Shown in pieces: positions 32,500 through 34,964 of a DNA stretch of 34,964 nt. Source of the DNA: Malacoraja senta (lineage: Eukaryota); contig JAXLNO010003911.1 in assembly GCA_038087875.1 (NCBI GenBank), forward strand, positions 62,001 through 96,964. The letters are read 5' to 3'. Position numbers and translations under genes: made by a program. The first letter of the stretch is position 1; every line of letters begins with the position of its first letter. The notes under the pieces were generated by a model that was not told the origin of the DNA, did not search any database, and saw nothing but the letters and a program-made list of their open reading frames with translations.

Positions 32500-33190
32500 A
32501 AACTATACATAAATACAAACTCAAAAACAATAGATAGAGCAAAGAGGAGGATACAGAGTACAGAATATAGTTCTCAGCATTGTAACACATCAGTTCCATA
32601 GACAATGTTCAATGTGCAATGAGGTTGAGGTGAATCGGGCTTTAAACCTACATTATGGAAGGACCCTTCCGAAGCCTGATAACAGGTGGAAAGGGGGTGT
32701 TCCTGAGTCTGGCAGTGCATATTTTCAACTTTCAGTACCTATTGCCTGATGGGAGCAGGAAGGAGGAATGACCGGGGTGGGATGAGTCTCGTTTTCCAAG
32801 GCAACCTGGTGTAGATTGGGTCAATAGTGGGAAGTCTGGGCTGTGTGATGATCTTTAACTCTTTGTATATTCTTGCAGTCTTGGGCAGTGCAGTTCCCAA
32901 ATCAAGATGTGATGCAACCCAACAACATGCTTTCTCTAGCGGCATCTATAGATGTTTGCTGGAGTCACCAGAGAAATGATGAATATCCTCAGTCTCCTGA
33001 GGAAGTAGAGGTGTTGGTGTGCCTCTTGGCTATGTGGCCAGTCCATGACCGAATATTGGATATATTCATTCCAAGGAACATGAAGCTCTCAATCATTTCC
33101 ACTTCGGACCATTGATTTGGATTGGGGCATGTACTCCCCCAGTGCCTTGCTGTTAATCACATCAAGATTCATTTATTATTTAAACATACC
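32500..33190 (-). mobile_element. Rex1/Babar-type LINE 3' fragment
   Basis: The minus strand has caacacctctacttcctcaggagactgagg (QHLYFLRRLR, compare QQRLYFLRRL) and degenerate downstream RT sequence. Confidence 0.7.
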
Positions 33191-33452
33191 TTTCATGGAT
33201 ATCACTTCCACCACTGAGAATCCCAAATACTCCTTCCTTGTATATTAGTTATTTATTTACTTTTGATAAATGTTCTGTTGACAAAGTCTTCTGCTCATGT
33301 GGAGAGTGGGTGCTGATTACGTGATTACTTAGAGCAACACCACTAAACAAAGAAAGTTTAAGCATCTTGGAATATGGGATGTATTCACGATGATTAAAAT
33401 GGATACAACAGAAGATAATGATTATCTATGAAAGAATATTTAACGTTCTTAC

Positions 33453-33719
33453 CCCAGATGATGATCTTCCCACCGGGCAGGCTGCTGTGATCGACATGAC
33501 AGGAATACTGTTTCCCATCATACGGATCATACTCAAGGACAGACCTTAGATGATATGTTCCATCGTTGTTGGGTATGACCCCAGAAGATTTGGTCTCAGA
33601 GACATGTTGACCATTCTGCAACCAGCTGACATTGATGGCCGGTGGGTAAAATCCAAACACAGTGCAGTACAGGACTGAATGATCATCAGGGCGGGCAGCG
33701 AGAGATACCTCAGGGGAAA
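33453..33719 (-). CDS. MHC class I-like heavy chain, alpha3 (C1-set Ig) exon
   Basis: Acceptor tgtcttgtag (33720) and donor g|gtaag (33452). 267 nt, phase 1-1. Translates xSPEVSLAARPDDHSVLYCTVFGFYPPAINVSWLQNGQHVSETKSSGVIPNNDGTYHLRSVLEYDPYDGKQYSCHVDHSSLPGGKIIIW, with C, GFYP, W, DGTY and YxCxVxHxxL. Confidence 0.92.
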
Positions 33720-33914
33720 CTACAAGACAGTAAGATGGTTATTTTCATCTTCAGTAAAACTTGCACAGTCACCCACCACAAAATATTCTTCAGTTTACTA
33801 CAACAACCAAGTTACTGTCCACATCTGCCCCATTTTGCCTCTTTCGTCCCATCAACCAACCATGTGGTTTAAAAGGGATTGTATGCTCCCTGTTAAGACA
33901 GTACACAAGAAAGT

Positions 33915-34235
33915 TTGAAAGTACGTACCATTAAAATCAGGAACAGCTTCTTCCCTGCTGTTATTGGACTACTGAATAATTCTCATGTAAGATAAGATGT
34001 TGCCCTGAACTTCCAACCAATCTCATTGTGATCCTTGCAACTCTTTTTGATCTGCACTTTCTCTGTAACTGTAATGCTATGATATTGTAACCCGATATTC
34101 TGCACTCTGAATATTTTTCTCTTTGCACGGATCTACTTGTGGATGGCTTGATTGCACATGTGTAGTATGATCTGATTGGATAACACACAGACAAACTTTT
34201 GACTATATCTCAGTTCATGTGACAATAATAAACTA
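33915..34235 (+). mobile_element. Rex1/Babar-type LINE 3' end
   Basis: aggaacagcttcttccctgctgttattggactactgaat (RNSFFPAVI.LLN) and the tail catgtgacaataataaactaatac. Confidence 0.7.
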
Positions 34236-34519
34236 ATACCATCGGCAAATCTTTTCACTAGGGCACATTATTGACAATAATAAATAATTGACAAGTTATG
34301 AAATGAGGGCCAATTGGGGAGGGGACAAGCTTAAAATTGGCCGTATTTTCACTCCACTTCAATAAGAGATAAAAGAGACCAGTCATTTGTTTACAAAATC
34401 TCTTTTTGCAGAGTGTGGTCATTCTCTGGCGCTCTTGACTCCGGAGATTTGTGAAGACAAACTCATTGGAAGTATTTAATGTGGCGGTAGTTAAACTTTT
34501 GAAAGATTGGAGAATTGAG

Positions 34520-34625
34520 TGCAATGAGGAACTGGCACCGAACAGGAGTTGATGCCTGAGGAACGTCAGCCATGGTCATATTGAATGGTGGGCCGGTTAG
34601 AGGACCAAATGGCTTACTCGGAAAC
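34520..34625 (+). mobile_element. Old CR1 3' UTR fragment
   Basis: cagccatggtcatattgaatggtgggccggttagaggaccaaatggcttactc. Confidence 0.7.
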
Positions 34626-34754
34626 TTGATAACCGAGGAGAAAATCAGGCTTCTGAATGATCGTTCCATAAGCTAGGGTTCTGTCCAATTGACCACTACC
34701 CCATTACAGACAGTGGACTTTGTTTATAGAACTATGTAGATGCTGGTTTAAACT

Positions 34755-34850
34755 GCAGATAGACACAAAATACTAGAGTAACTCAACGGGTCAGGCAGCA
34801 TCTCTGGAGAGAAGGAATGTGTCACGTTTCGTGTCAAAACCCTTATCTAA
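34755..34850 (-). repeat. Hammerhead-type short repeat
   Basis: The minus strand reads aagggttttgacacgaaacgtgacacattccttctctccagagatgctgcctgacccg. Confidence 0.7.
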
Positions 34851-34964
34851 TGGAACAGGTGTGCTACATTGCTGAGAACTATATGCCACACTCTGTACCT
34901 TCCCCTTTGCTCTACCTTCAGTACTTGAGTTGACTTGATCATATATATGTATGTTGTTATCTCA

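Noticed and set aside
33453-33719. Exon as MHC class II alpha2/beta2, beta-2-microglobulin or an Ig/TCR constant domain
   Set aside because: FYPPAINVSW is somewhat class II alpha-like, but the linked TM exon lacks the class II Gly motif, there is no GDW motif, and beta-2-microglobulin has no TM. Class I fits best, though this was not tested by a search.
34200-34560. Possible alpha2 exon of the class I gene
   Set aside because: No class I alpha2 motifs or suitable splice pair on the minus strand. The alpha2 exon must lie beyond the window.

Overview
This is vertebrate DNA, almost certainly from a cartilaginous fish (skate/ray-like, inferred from its CR1, V-SINE/HE1-type and Rex-Babar repeat families). 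About 80% of the window is transposon-derived. The main host gene is the 3' half of an MHC class I-like heavy chain on the minus strand. It has an alpha3 C1-set exon (33719-33453), a transmembrane exon (30768-30661) and a candidate terminal exon 14 kb further on (16672 to about 16555). Splicing these gives the tail WWRKKRR-DYQNIQPKQNVHC*, whose YQNI tyrosine motif sits where CD1b has RRRS-YQNI. Other contents: a spliced, intact THAP zinc-finger gene next to a head-to-head pair of CAAAG-type transposon ends; a full-length but disabled DIRS1-like tyrosine-recombinase retrotransposon (11242-16047) plus two further DIRS left ends, with two DIRS junctions falling at the same nucleotide of a CR1 motif; an L1 > CR1 > DNA-transposon nest; many CR1 copies; V-SINEs; and short repeats carrying a decayed hammerhead-ribozyme core. 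All calls come from reading the sequence by eye. No database searches were run, and repeat boundaries are approximate unless exact junctions are quoted.
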